Shown piece by piece: positions 50,446 through 64,000 of a stretch of 64,000 bases of DNA. Where the stretch lies: contig CM074522.1 in the NCBI GenBank assembly GCA_037379345.1, positions 2,170,001 through 2,234,000 of the forward strand, written 5' to 3'. The translations under genes were made by a program, and so were the position numbers. The stretch is from Perna viridis. Its lineage: Eukaryota. Under the pieces are notes generated by a model that saw only the letters and a list, made by a program, of their open reading frames with translations, was not told where the DNA came from and made no database searches. How positions within the stretch are numbered: position 1 is the stretch's first letter; each line of letters begins with the position of its first letter.

Positions 50446-50514
50446 TTAGGTGTTCACCACCGGACGTGGACTGAATGGAATAGACATAGGATTCTGTTTC
50501 TTCAATAATTTCCT
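50446..50514 (-). CDS. Possible additional upstream 69-nt exon of Prdm3/16 (EIIEETESYVYSIQSTSGGEHL)
   Basis: Strong donor CTAA|gtaagt but weak acceptor (cttattaag). Phase 1/1, so it splices in frame to 46270, and its acidic composition resembles the next exon. No homology support. Confidence 0.25.
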   Translation of the reverse strand, partial: RKLLKKQNPMSIPFSPRPVVNT

Positions 50515-50800
50515 CTTAATAAGATCAAAATAGGATATAATCTTTATTTTATTGTTTAATGTGATTTTGATAGAATTTGGTCCATCTGTCATCACATATA
50601 ACATCCCTATTTTCATACTTTGTGTACAGGATTCGCGACTTAAAACGTCTTCAACTATATATGTGACAGGTGATAGGGATTATTAATATTGCCCTACGTA
50701 TGGATGCTGAATATCAAGAAAAGCGCACGTAAAAATCATAACAATTTGATTTCCAAGTGAAATCCGAAGATTTATACTTTTAAAGTTTTAAGTCCGATCA

Positions 50801-50962
50801 GGGCCCGGTTTCATAAAAAAAAATCTCAAATTGAGATTTTCCTCATTTCCTTGAAACTTCTTTAATCTTCAATTTCTAGTGATCTGATTGTTTGAAATTT
50901 TAGTTTAGGAAGGATTTGAGGAAAATCTCAGTGATTGAGATTATTTTTATGAAACCGGGCCC
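50801..50962. mobile_element. MITE (162 bp), possibly PIF/Harbinger-type
   Basis: Perfect 19-bp TIR GGGCCCGGTTTCATAAAAA / TTTTTATGAAACCGGGCCC, extending imperfectly to about 50 bp (aatctcaa..tgagattttcctca). No ORF. Possible 3-bp TSD CAG/CAA if the TIR starts at 50802. Confidence 0.85.
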
Positions 50963-53900
50963 AAATCCTGGTCCTACGTTTCGTTGTGACATAATAATAC
51001 CTCTTTTTTGTCATCTTGCAGAACCTTTTTTGGATCAAAGTATATCCGATCCACTATTTTTCGCCATCTATGTACTTCTCTATCATTAATCATCAAGGAG
51101 CAATCAAATGTTTAATGTACTAATAAGCGTTTATTTACTTATCAGTGGTTGAGTACTAATTAGTGTTTATTTACTCATCAGTGGTTGAACACAGAGATTG
51201 GAGCGGTATACTCAGAAACACAAATGGGTAATAAAATGTTTCCAGAAAATGATAATTCTAAATGGATCTAGATGACACAAAATTTCGACTTTTTAAAATG
51301 ATATATAAGTTTATGGAAATGTTTAAGTATATGAATGCGTTTTTTTAATTCCCAGTATAAATCGTCCATGATGCTATATTTGATGTGTGTTGGGTTAGTC
51401 GTAATCACTTCAATTGTCTCTATACTTTACGGCTTCATTCCGAAATCAATTGTCCTTATGGAAATGTTTCTCTTTTTTGTCAAAAGCTGGCGCATTAATA
51501 CTTCATTGACATCAATGTATTTAAAGACAAGATGTTTCATACATATTCTTAGCTAACATGCAAAGATAAGTCTCTTTGAATATCTACTTATTCAAGAGAT
51601 TTTGACATAATATAGACATTAACAATTGATTTTCCTATCTATACTGCAATTTTATTACGGACCATTTTTATGCTATACTGTCGGCGCATATTACACATAA
51701 TTATTTAAGCTAAAAGAGACCAATGTCTTAGAATACTAGTGTATATAAAAAGAAAACAGCCGGCAATAAAGGAAGAATGAAAATGATTAGAAATGGTTGG
51801 TTCCAAATTTTTCAAAGAAAAAAAACAATTTTACTAATTTCAATTATAAAAGTCGAATCATTGGCTTAGTTTTTTTTTATCTTATTTTAGGTTTATTTCA
51901 TTTTTAATGTGCAACATGAACATTAACAACATTCACAAGTAAGGAAAGGAGGCATCTCCAGATCCTACATAGAATTCAATTAGTACAATCATCTAATAAT
52001 TCATCAGTTTGTTGGTCTGTCTGTCTGTATGTCAGCGGTAACTTAAATGTGCATGTGCCGTATTCAATTTTCTATAATTAAAAGAAACTTAGTGCTTTTC
52101 TATTTTAAATGACTCATCTTTGTTTACCAAAGGTTGTGGGAAAAAAACTAGAAACAATAGAAACAGCGCTTTCATTTAAATTGTTTAATGACAAATATTG
52201 TGTTTTTATCTTTCTAATTGAGGTCATTCGAATTAAATCTAAAATTTTCACATGGTCAGTTAAACTATATCAGGGTACAATCTAAAATGATTCAGAAAAT
52301 TCCATTGTGGAGGTAAAAATGAAGATGATAAACAGATAAGATTCCCGTACTCAAAAAGTATGTTAGGTTAGTTCTGAGGTATTTCGTTTTTAAAAATACG
52401 TATATGAAAATTGTGAAATATTACAAATTCCCGTGACAAAAAGGAAAGGTCACTTTAACGAAGTTGTTCTGCCAGCAGGTTATCAATTTAATCTAAAATG
52501 TCAAATTCGATTAAAAGATTTCTAAATGAGTCTTATTGTCACAATGATTGTAAACGCACAGAAGGTCCTGCCAGTTGACATGCAAACGTTTTAAGTACCT
52601 AGATCCTTTACTTCACAGCAAATTGGTTGTCTAATCTGTGGTAAATGTTATCTTCATGAAGCTGTCATATTTTTTTTTTATGATGGTGGGTCACGAGAGA
52701 TTCTCCTAATGTCAGAAAATACCAGAACGAATTTTTACCCGACACGGCCTCTGGACTATCCAAAGGTGTCCCCTAATTTAATGTATTTGATCCTGCAACA
52801 AGACAATAAAAAGAAATCCAGTTATTCACTACCCTACCAAATCACTAGGAAGAAAAAATTGTAATTAAATTGAATTGATGACACGTAAATTTGGGATGAA
52901 ATGATTCAATCATGACACGAAAATTTAGAGAAAGAATCAGAAGAAAGAATGGATATTTACCGGTAAGTTGACTCTGTATGACCTCTGTGTACTTCTTTAC
53001 CCTTAAAAATACTAATTTCAGGAGAAGAAAGAAATTTTCAGCTGCAAATGAAGCTGTTTGCGGTATAAACACAAAGGCTTGTCAGACCATGGGTCCCTTG
53101 GTACAAGGTAGTCAGTCTTCAGGGCTGGATATTGCAAAATACAACACTATACAGTTCAATGTTTGTATTCCTCGTAGAAAACAAAACCATACAATGGCTA
53201 GCAAAGTCAAATATCCTTGGGCAGATAATAGCAAAATAAAGCAGGGTTAATAGTCAACAAGTTCAGTCGTCCTTAAATGTGTACAAAATAAACAATAAAA
53301 TGGACATTAATAAAAGTCACAATTTCAAGTACATCTAGAAATATCACAACAGAATTATAACCTATATATTTGAAAAGAACATGTCTTCAAGGTAATGTAC
53401 AAGACAATCCCGCACCATGTCGGCTTTATAAATGAATGAAGCCATATGTTTATGTAAAATTGTATTTACTTGTAGAATACTATATCTACTTATTTCTTTT
53501 CAGTTCATTTCATGTACTTAGTCTCAAAATTTCCAAAACTAAAGCATTGAGTTTTACAGCAATGTAATAAAAACGTGTTGGAAAAAAAACGATTCATCCC
53601 GGTGTTTCGGAGACGCCATAAACGACACTTTGATCGTCCCGTTATAAATTGCAGGCTTTCCCATGTAGAAGGCAGGATTTCAATAGTTTAATGATAGGTT
53701 TGGGTTCCTGATTACTAACTAGTGGGGTATTGTAGTTACTCATCACATGATAGCTCAATAAAAAGTTGTATGATCATAACCAAATCATCTTTTTATGGCG
53801 ATTTAATTTTGTAGTAAAAATAACCGAAAGCCAATATCAACACCGCATAGATAAACAATGTACCAATATGTTTTCCCGGGTCAGGATTATTAAATGAAGC

Positions 53901-54609
53901 TTCAAAAGCGTTTCATTGAAGAGAATGAGTCCGTTTTAAAGTTTCATCTGTTTTCTTTTCATTATTTCTTTTCAAAACAATTGCGCTATTGAGAGGGAGA
54001 TAGTATAAAGACAGGGGAGTGAAACAAAGCTGATGGACCTCAAAGCAAACTCAACCAGCATAAGAAATTAACATAGTCATTATGTCGAAATTAAATTGTA
54101 AATTTACTGAAATGGCATTTATTATATTTCATTTTGGTCGTGTTAATGCCTCTTGCATTTTTCTATTATGCTTGCAAATAAACCTGAAGTCCCATGTATG
54201 GTATTTTGTTACCGCGTATTTTAAGGAATGAATTTAAGAAAACCAGGGACGCGGAGGTTGCTCTTGTACCCCTTTATGAAACATTTTTAGAATCAAAGTC
54301 TTAAGGTTCATTGTGAAGGCAAAGAAGATTAGATGTCAAAGGGTTTCATTTCTAAAGAATAACTTGCAGCTGAAAATGCACTTGCCAATGTTATCATGTA
54401 TACATGTACATATTGGCCTCGTTTTAGTTTGTAGGCAACATACATTTAGGTTGAAGATTTAGAGTGTCTATTTCTTCATTGATTAATTGATATATAATGA
54501 TTTAACGTCTCGGGAAGTTCAGGACGAAAACGATAGACCAATCGGACAGACCCTGTTTGTGTCAATAATAAGTACAATTCAAAGAGTAAGTTAGAACTCT
54601 TCGTAAAAT

Positions 54610-54864
54610 AGCAATCAAGTGAACCAACATTCTAGCGGAAATCAAAAGAATGTAATCCAGGGACAAAGACCAGACATGCAAAATAGATTTATACAACAAA
54701 GAACATAAAGTAACTAAAATAATACATACAAAGGAACAAAAGCAAATGAGCAACTCGGACTCCACTAAAACCTGGGAGTATGGACCAGGTGCACCGGTAG
54801 GGTAAGCGTCCTCTGATTTTCTAGAAACACCCGCCGAGTTGCTCATAAAAAGTCAAGTCCGGGG
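54610..54864 (-). mobile_element. SINE-like family A, copy 5 (apparently full length, ~255 bp)
   Basis: Contains all segments seen in the other copies, plus a 13-bp inverted repeat at 54746-54758/54834-54846. Confidence 0.8.
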
Positions 54865-57800
54865 TATACTAAAGAGGAAATGAAAACTATGACACGTTGA
54901 AATATACGTTAGGCTTCAAAAACATATTTGCAGAGGAAGTAAATTGAAAGTTAAAATAATATATATTGTAAACTATGTAAAATTAAGAAACATAACGTAA
55001 GAGCAATGAAAAAAAAATGCGGATTACTATACTGTCGGGAGGATAACTGAATGCTGAAAACATTCATAGATTTCATATCATTCTCTTAGATCCATGATCA
55101 ATAAAATGACTAAGATACGATTGTTGTCTTAATGTCCTTAAATATTTATACAGATAAATGTAAGAGCGAAAACTTTTACTAACCGTTAATCTTTCCAACT
55201 ATCTCCTAAACTGTTTGTTTTTCTTGTCTAAAAAGCCTAAATTTAACAATTTGAAAACCACTCACGTAAATTAACCTTTCGTATCAGAGACAAAATTCTT
55301 ATACAAATAATTTCTTTTTGCTGTTTCGGTTTACCTGAATGGAAATAAATTATCAGTTTGTGCAGGACAGTTTCTATACATGTACATATTGACTCGGGAT
55401 GATAAATGGAGATCTACGGTGCGTTAGAAGGTATTGAAACTTAGTTTCCGTGTATCTTTATCTTCAAAAGGTGTGTGACTTCTGTCCAAAGATGACAGAA
55501 AATGGATTAAGCTACTGAATATAACAAGATAAAGCTATTAAAATAGAGGAGACGGCTTAAATCTGCTTTTATAGCGCTCCGTTACCGTTGCTATGATATC
55601 TATGGTCCGCCATTGAGAGGAGCACCGCAAACTTAGTCTAGTATTCAAGACAGAAGTGTATCATTTAGTAGATGTTATAGTTCAGTTTACACATCGTGAT
55701 ATGTTCAGATTAGGGCTAATTAACTATTCCTGACCATTAAAAGGATTAGATAATTATGACAAGAAGAATTTGTCAAGTTCCAACATGTGGGTCGAGGTTG
55801 TCTCTTTTTGGGGTGAGGTTGTCTGTGAAACTGTGGTGTGTCCTTAAGCAGTTTCACGGTCACCCGTCTACTTCATTCATAAAGTATATTATTCGACAAT
55901 AAATCTCGGAATGGACTCCCACTTTGCTGTTCATAAAGACTGAAAGAAATAGACAGTGATAAAGAGATAGCATATGATTTCAAGTCAAGTGTTTCCGAAA
56001 ACCTTGCATGATATAACAATTCATTTCATAAGCTTTTAGAAATAAATGCATATTGTGATGATGTTCTTTCCATAACCGTTTGTTCATTGTCATCTGGGTA
56101 CCGATTCAACGAATGTCCACAACAGGATAAATAAATTACCTCCCCTTAAACAGGTGACTACATGTACAAGCGTCCCATATATACCCACCTAGGTTAGATT
56201 ATAGCTCTGTAGATACTGAAAACACAACAACAGTATTGTTGCCACCATTGAATTGTCATCTTGATCGATCTGTGAAAATGAGTATCTTTGAAATCGACAT
56301 CTCTGTTTGGGTTAATCAGCAGTTTTCCCATGATTTTACAAACATAACTGTCATTCATATCTGCTATTTCAGAACAAAAATATTGAATAGACTGGGTAAA
56401 TGGATCCTTTGTCATTTTAATAACAGTGTTTAATGTTTTGACAAACACATTACACCGTTTATGTTCGCAGGTTAACTATCTATGAAACACACACCCAATC
56501 CAATTTTCTTTGTTTACGGATCTGGTATCCATATAGTAGACTGTTCCTATAAAGTTATCTTCAAATATCATATTTGTGAAAATTTGTTTAATCATAAAAT
56601 CAGATCAGAGAAAAATCGTGCCATTGTACCTAAAAAGGGCAGATACCGTTAAAGAAGTGAGAAATTACTGTAAAATTAATAATTGATACTATTAAAGGGT
56701 GATGATCGGTTGGAAAAATTATTACACAAGTGTGATTATAAAAAGGAACATACGTGTCAGGCTCAAAAGTTGCCCAAATAATTAAGGTTGGTAATATGAC
56801 AAGTATGGGAAACAATGAATGTTTTATTGGACTTAGACAACAAGCAAAAGGGAACTGAAGAAAGGACAAAATAATATTAGCGTCAAAAAATCAAAACAGC
56901 CTACAAACTACAATACATGGCAAAGAGGGGTCTTTTCCTCATTTAAATTAGTTAGATACACGTATTTATCAAACAGGTGTTGTAAATCGAAATAGAGACG
57001 GTAGAGTATACTTTACTTTTATACATTGTTTTTGGCTCGGGGAATAATAATGATCAGATGAACACAACCAGCCAAAAAATCAACTGTTCCAAGCTGGTCA
57101 GTACATAAATTTCGAAACGATACCGCTATGCAATACTTAAAGAAAAGACGGCGAATTACAACTGCATGTATACGCATTTGCCAAAAAAGTACCAAATTGA
57201 ATACATGACTAAAGAGCGTCTCAACCTTTAAGCGAATGTGTAAGGAATTGATGACTTGAAAGACGATTTTATGCGTGGGCGGTGTGGCGTTCCATTTTCT
57301 ACAAGCAATTGATCGCAGAATCAAACAAAAATTTGTATATAGAAATACAATCGAACACATGTGCAGCCGTTGACCAGGTGAACTTATCAACAGGTAGTTG
57401 ACCTATATCTCTGCAGGTTGTCTACAGTTTTTTGTTCACTCTACCGGTTCCTGTTACATTTAGTATAATTTTTTAAAAGTATTTTTCCTTTTCTTTTTCC
57501 CGTTTCTTTGTACCAACTTGACATCGCAGAATTATCTTATCTTTAAAACTTATTAATTACTGTCAGGTTTGTTTGGAGGACAAGCCTCGCGGAAGTTGGC
57601 AATTCGTGATCAATTCCGTTATCCGAGTCCGGCACTTAAACTACAAGAAGCCAGACATCGAAATAAAGCGGTTTGAAAAATAAATTAATACTTGATTGTA
57701 ATAAATCTTTGCTTCTTTTATAGGGTGGAGATAACATTCTTAAGAAAACAGACCATCAATTTAGGTCTTCTGGCCAAAACTTCAGACAGAAACCTTAGTA

Positions 57801-60800
57801 AACGTTTATACAACATTGTCAATTGCGATGAAGCCCTTTTCATTCGGCACGAAATTGATGAGTCGGTAACTACCATTAAATACAGATTTACTTTAACTGC
57901 CACTAGACAAATTAACGCTACTGTCATATCTTTTCAAATTAGTAAAACCAGAGATAGATCCGTTAAGTAGTTGCTCTTTGTAATAACCTTGCAGTCGGGA
58001 ATGGTACAGGTACATGAATTACAAGTCTTTTGGAAAACTTGATTATAAAAATTCCTTTCTTGTTTACTTTAATTCCGATAAATATATTCACGTTGCTTGA
58101 CTGGTAAATGCACACGAAGAAAAGATGCACTAAATCTACATGACATGTCCATGTAAATTATACCTCAAAACATGTACACAATTATATACGACGCCTTAAT
58201 CTAAACAATTTATGATATGATACAGACGTACAGACCAACTAGTGAATGATTTGTTCGTTGCCAAAGAAGGACGCACATCGAAGAGATACAATATAACGCT
58301 ATATCATGCTCATGCTTATTCTCTTGAATTACACCAATATTTTCATAAAAGATTCTTATTATCTTCAGACGGAGTATTGATGTGTAACAGATAGTCTTTG
58401 GATTGTAGCAACCATCAGCATGCACGATTCTAAGACAAAGAAGTACACACATGGATGCATTATTCAACCACTACAAAGTTATAAGCTTACTGCATGGTGT
58501 TAAAATTGAGAAGTAGAACTATTTCTAAAAATACATGTATCAACAGACCGCCATGCCATGTGACTTGAACCACAATGCACGATCTTTACACGGAGTAGTA
58601 GTTCTGAAGAACAATATACCACACTCAGTCTTTAAGTCAAAACCATCGTTGATCACACTAAAACAAAACCCGTTATCATTAATTCAAAAGATTTTACAAA
58701 TTAATTTTCTATTTCTAAACTTGTCTTCCACTTTAAACGGATGGTCATTTCCAAATTAACTGGTAATTTAGAAGTAATCAGGCATGAAATAAAGTGATAA
58801 GTAATATACATTGGTGATCACACATCCATAGATGTTTTCCCACATTTTTCTTCATGGTAAAATGATAATTAATGATTTCTATTGTCACCGTATTATCTTA
58901 AAGTATGCATCTGAACTATGGGAAAGAATGATCTGATATATACCCAAAACACAAAACATCTGAACAATGGGAACGGATGGTCTAATATGTGTCCAAAACA
59001 CAGAACGTACAGTCGTTCTAAACCTACTTCTGAACTAGTTATTTGAGCTACACGATTCCAAATAGCTTGATTTATGTTGGTTAAGCATTACAATTATATT
59101 TCAGAATGGTGCACAAACAAATGAGAAAACAGAAAAGTGCAAAAATGTCACAATTAAGGGTCACTGACCCGTTGGCAACAATGACAAAAGTCTGCAAGGT
59201 ATTGTATACCAGTAGTTAGTCCAAATCATTTTCTCAAAGATTGACATCCATGTTATTTGTACAAGATAAAAGTTTACAAGGAAAAAACACAAATACACGA
59301 ACAACACTTGAACTCTATACTTTCCCAGCATCTAAGATTTTTGTCATGCTAAACAAGTCGTATAGACATAAGAGTAATTGGTTTTCTCATTAGAATAGTC
59401 GCTGCAACTTGTTAAGAGTCGTGCATCACACATGTGCAAATTATGAAATATTCTATGATAATACATTTCACAGCTAATAGTTTTCTGGGTCGTGCGGGTT
59501 TGCAACTATGCGGATGAGAAACGGTATTAGGACGTTTTCTCACATCTTCTTTATCTTCAAGACATATGGTAGATATTAATTTCATTTTCTCAATAAGAAA
59601 AACAGGATGATTCCAATTTTTGTGGCTGTTTTCATGGCGTTTTCAGATGTTATTTTTTATCTGTGATCTTGAATGACAACGCTGCGTCATCGGCATTTTT
59701 TGAAGTCTGTTTTGAAGAGGGTGTTTAAGAGCGTCTGTATACATTTGAAGCGGGACAAGATAGATTAAGTCATGTGGTTTAGACACATGAATAGGCCTTC
59801 GTATCATTTGTTGACCTTGAAAGACACTAGTATGGGAATGAGATAGAAACCAAATGTCAAAATTTTAAATTTAATATATATACAGAATGATATTTTTTCA
59901 CAATGAATCAGATGTAAGCGACGGGGCGAAACAAAAACCTCCGATACCACAAAGGTCAGATTTACAACAGTCAACATTTCGTTCGATATGAGATCGATAC
60001 AGACTGATTTTCATTTTCATAGGTTCAGCATTTGATACTATTTCAAATTCCGAAAAAAAAATGTTGCATTTTTTTTTCAAGCTTAAATTATGGACTTTCC
60101 TATATCTGTCTATGTATTTTCATATTCGATCCGGATCATTCCGACATTTAGAATACATCGGGAGCCTACCCAGCGAAGGATACACCGTATCTGGTGTAAC
60201 AATAGTTATCATTTAACTGAAATTCTGTTTAGTTCTTTGGATTTGTCCATCTGAAGCCCCTTTCCGTTCTTGACACACTTGATGGAGATGCTTTGCCACT
60301 TGAGTTATTTTAATTGCAGATCTAAGACAACTGCAGAAGCGACATGATCAGTTGAAGTGGTCTTATCTGACAATTCTATGAGGGGTGTCATTTCGAGAAT
60401 GCATTGAAATTGTCTATAATCATGCTCTGTCTATGCATGTGAATACACCCAGCATATTAAATCGCAGTTAGTTGACATTGATGGCAAACGTCGAACAAAC
60501 AAAAACATATGTAAAATACAAGTGGGTGAGCCTTACGCACAATGCCTCAGAATAGAATGTATTAAGCATTGACCCCTTGAAGGATGCTTCTGATGTTCAA
60601 CACTCTGCAAACTGAATATCGTATCTTAGTGACTTGAGTATAGTTACATGAAAATTTGTGGAGGATGTTAAATTTTTTGATGCCATTAACTGCACTTATG
60701 ATTTCTGGTTGCCATAAAATGTCCATTGTACTTCTTAGCTTCAGATGATTTTAATAAACAGCCATTATTTAAACTGACCAATTATTCATCATGCACTTAT

Positions 60801-63800
60801 ATACAAAACAAGACTATACCCCTTGGAATACCTTAACAAAATGCATCTTTATAATACACTCCCTTGATGAGTAATTCTACAAAGAAGTACGAAACAATGG
60901 CGATGTTTACATCGGCATCTCTCTCATAGCGAGACGAGCTCTATAACTTATCACGGCTGATAACAGTAAACAAGCGATAGTTGTTCATCCCATCGATCTG
61001 ACAGATAAAACAACTCATCTCTCTGACAATAAACCCTAACAACTCAGTCACTTAGGCTCATCATCCCGTGTCAATTGGATGTTAATAGTAAGAGGCTTCT
61101 AAAATATGGCCAAGTCTTTGGAACGGGGCAATATTTTATTTTAAAGTTTATTTTTATATATTTATTTATTATCATTAATTTTTTAGTGATACATTTTTAA
61201 TGTACCTTTCGCACTATATATTTTTCTCTAGTGATTATAATAATATATAATAGCTACAGAAATAAATATGGGACTTTACTTGAAAAAAAGAATTCTTAAA
61301 TATAATTGCATCGATCTCAATATGGTCCTGAAGTTGGATTAAATTCCTCATGTTGCATCCTTAAACTAGCAAAATTAGTATGTATTCTTGAATATCAACA
61401 TAATTATGCCGAATCCATTAACATCTTATTTTAAAATGACTGTTAAAACTATAAATAATGGTAACCAAAACGTATTAATAGTCTAATTTATTTAATACAT
61501 GTAATTTATACAGCCATGGTTGGTTACTTCGAATTTTTCACTGTCATAGCATTATCTCAAAGAACAATCTAAAAGTACAGTCCGTGTTTTCTTTACTCCC
61601 GAAGTCGACTAAAGAATGTCAATAAAACAGACAGACAAGATGTTCTATCTCCGCCCATTAATGTTTCTAATTTGTTGGTTGAATCCTCCAATGGAATTTC
61701 GTATCATTGATCACTTGTGGGAATCATACATATGTAATCATGAAGGGGCATGTACATGTAGGTGGAATTAAAATTATCTTATTGATAATTACTATCTTAG
61801 AGTAACTTCTTCCATGTGCAGGTTCTAAGAAAAAAGATGAGTTGAAGAGAGCAACACACTACCTACATGTATATTGAATATACAAAATACCAATCATATG
61901 AATATTTCAAATATCGGTTTGCTGTACACGAGTTTCAAGGAGTAACATTTCGATCATCATCAGCATTAATAGAACCAAATACACAGGAAGTTCAAGATCC
62001 AAAAATGAACTGAATACAAAAATACTCAAAACATAAAATATTGAATTAGGAATGAATTTTCGAAAATAAAGAAAAGATGAAAAAAATACTAACGTCTTTC
62101 CTAGCTAAAGAAGCAGTATTTTAAAAGGTGTAGGAAAAAAACAGGACCAGTATAATATTTGGTTTAAAGAAATCTAAGATTAGGTTTTCGCAATAATTCA
62201 TAGGCTTATAGAGTAAAAAATAAACATTTGCAAGTAATCTGCAGGGTAAAAGTACACTGGAGGGATTTTTTTATTCAAGCCTTCTCCCCCAGTCCCATTT
62301 AAACAAAATTACTTTAACTTTTCTCAATGCTCTGTCTCGTATGGCGTCCTCCTAAATCTTTAAGTGCATCAAAATTGAGAGTTCAAATGATGGTGCAAAA
62401 AAAATTCAAATACCTTGTAACATTTGACATCATATACATGTACTTCAACAAAACCGGTCAGGATTATTAGATTCAAATCCTCCTTTATATAGGGACCACC
62501 CTCTCAATTCCGACCGTGTTAAGAGGAAAATGGTGTGGTTAAGGTTATTACATGTATTTAGATGGCAAAATGTCAAGATTTCTAAGACAGTTGAATAATG
62601 TTTAAGATGTGTTAATTCAATACACATAATCAATGTTTACAACAATAATAGATTAATATTAAATGATATTTCGAAACATGAATTACTTACAGATTATAAA
62701 TTTACGATAACTGTCATTTTTAAAAAGTTATATGGGGCCCGTGAGAGGTCACTTATGGTAGCTTTTATTGGATAGATATTAAATGAACCAATTTCTTTTT
62801 TATATGATAATATGACACTAGAGTTTTATGCATTGATTACTTTCAAATTTACTTTCAAAGATTTTAGTGGGTATTTGTAAAATCTTTTAAAGTAGAAATC
62901 CCTCAAGGGGCCCTATAATATAGACAAGATTATGGGATTAAGTATTATCTCCTCGGTGATATTACCAGATACATAGATTTCGACGGATTATCTATTTTGA
63001 AAAACGAAAATCTGATTAAAGATGATTAAAAATGATAAGTATGAGATTAAATTTTAATCAGTTTATACTTACTTCTGCTGTCTGATCTTTATAGAAATTC
63101 ATAATTTCCAAGTTATTTACATGAAATTCGAAAGTATAATTGAATTATCTGGAATAAGTGTAGTGATAATATTGGTAGAATCATCAATAAGTTTGAAATT
63201 ATATGTCCTCGTAGCATTATCTTATAAGAAAACATTTACCCGATCATGCCAATTCATTGTTAAAGTAGAACTTTTTTTATTTTGAATAAAATTCATTCAA
63301 CTGAATTTTATTTGGTTAAAATTAACAATGAACAAATGATCGACTCATGTATTGGGCCGACAACATATGCACGTGTTTTACGTGAGTATACTGGTGTCAA
63401 GCTAACCGGAAGTACAAATGTACATGTATTTTTATGTGTCAAATAGAAATACAGCTTCTGGTTGTCTAGCAGAAAGGAAGAACAAAATATAAAAAAGTCT
63501 ATGTTGAAAAACCTGACAGAGATAAAGGGGCTACATTGAGAATAGATATGCTCGGCGTTTAGTCTAGCAGAGGTACAAAACTGTACATGTTGCGCAGATA
63601 CAGTGTATAGTTGTCCAGTCTATCAAAAATAAACATGTATTCTACGTACAGCCCAGCAGAGTCAAGAGGGGCTCAGCCGTCTAGTCTACTGAAAATAAAG
63701 AGGATTTATACTGGTGCTTGGTAACTAAGATATAATTAGAAAAGGGAACTGTCAGAGGCATTCACTGTACTCATGTATGTATTTGTAGATGATTATAGAG

Positions 63801-64000
63801 GACTAGAACCAAAATATCAAATTTATACAGATATGAGGAATTATCTTCAAGTCAGATAAATTACATCATCAAACCACAAAAATAAACAACGAATGACAAT
63901 TACTTCAAATATTATACCTTCTTTGTGAAAACACGAGAACATATAGACATAAAGACAAACAGTTAAAAACAACAAATTCAGTAGGTATTTCACACGATCA

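Noticed and set aside
59470-59505. Minus-strand KPARPRKLL as the MRSKARARKL-like first exon
   Set aside because: No suitably placed ATG and no splice donor; the similarity is probably chance.
63067-63102. ATG...GAA|gtaagt mini-exon (MNFYKDQTAE) as coding exon 1
   Set aside because: Phase 0, incompatible with the phase-1 exon at 46270. It could only be a UTR exon or skip the PR start, and nothing supports that.
1-64000. Prokaryote-style novel system (operon, defence island), tRNA or rRNA genes
   Set aside because: The sequence is an intron-rich animal locus with one gene. No such features were seen by eye.

Overview
AT-rich (roughly two-thirds A+T) eukaryotic genomic DNA. The repeat content and excess of TACATGTA suggest a mollusc, probably a bivalve, but that is inference. 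The one supportable protein-coding gene is a minus-strand Prdm3/16 (MECOM/EVI1-PRDM16/hamlet) orthologue. I reconstructed six phase-compatible GT-AG exons by hand: 46029-46270, 37794-37895, 34800-34911, 30044-30179, 28864-28957 and 26550-28583, about 906 codons. They encode a PR/SET domain, 6 N-terminal zinc fingers, two CtBP-binding PxDLx motifs, 3 C-terminal fingers and an acidic tail. The true first exon was not found. The rest of the window is intronic or intergenic: five copies of a structured ~255 bp SINE-like family, a ~500 bp retroposon with a structured non-tRNA 5' head, a MITE, a HINE/Helentron-like relic, minisatellites and microsatellites. I found no convincing new multi-gene system. 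The best leads are (1) a candidate internal promoter that could give an EVI1-like PR-less isoform, (2) a duplicated CCAAT plus double-GATA module, and (3) structured RNA modules in the two retroposon families.
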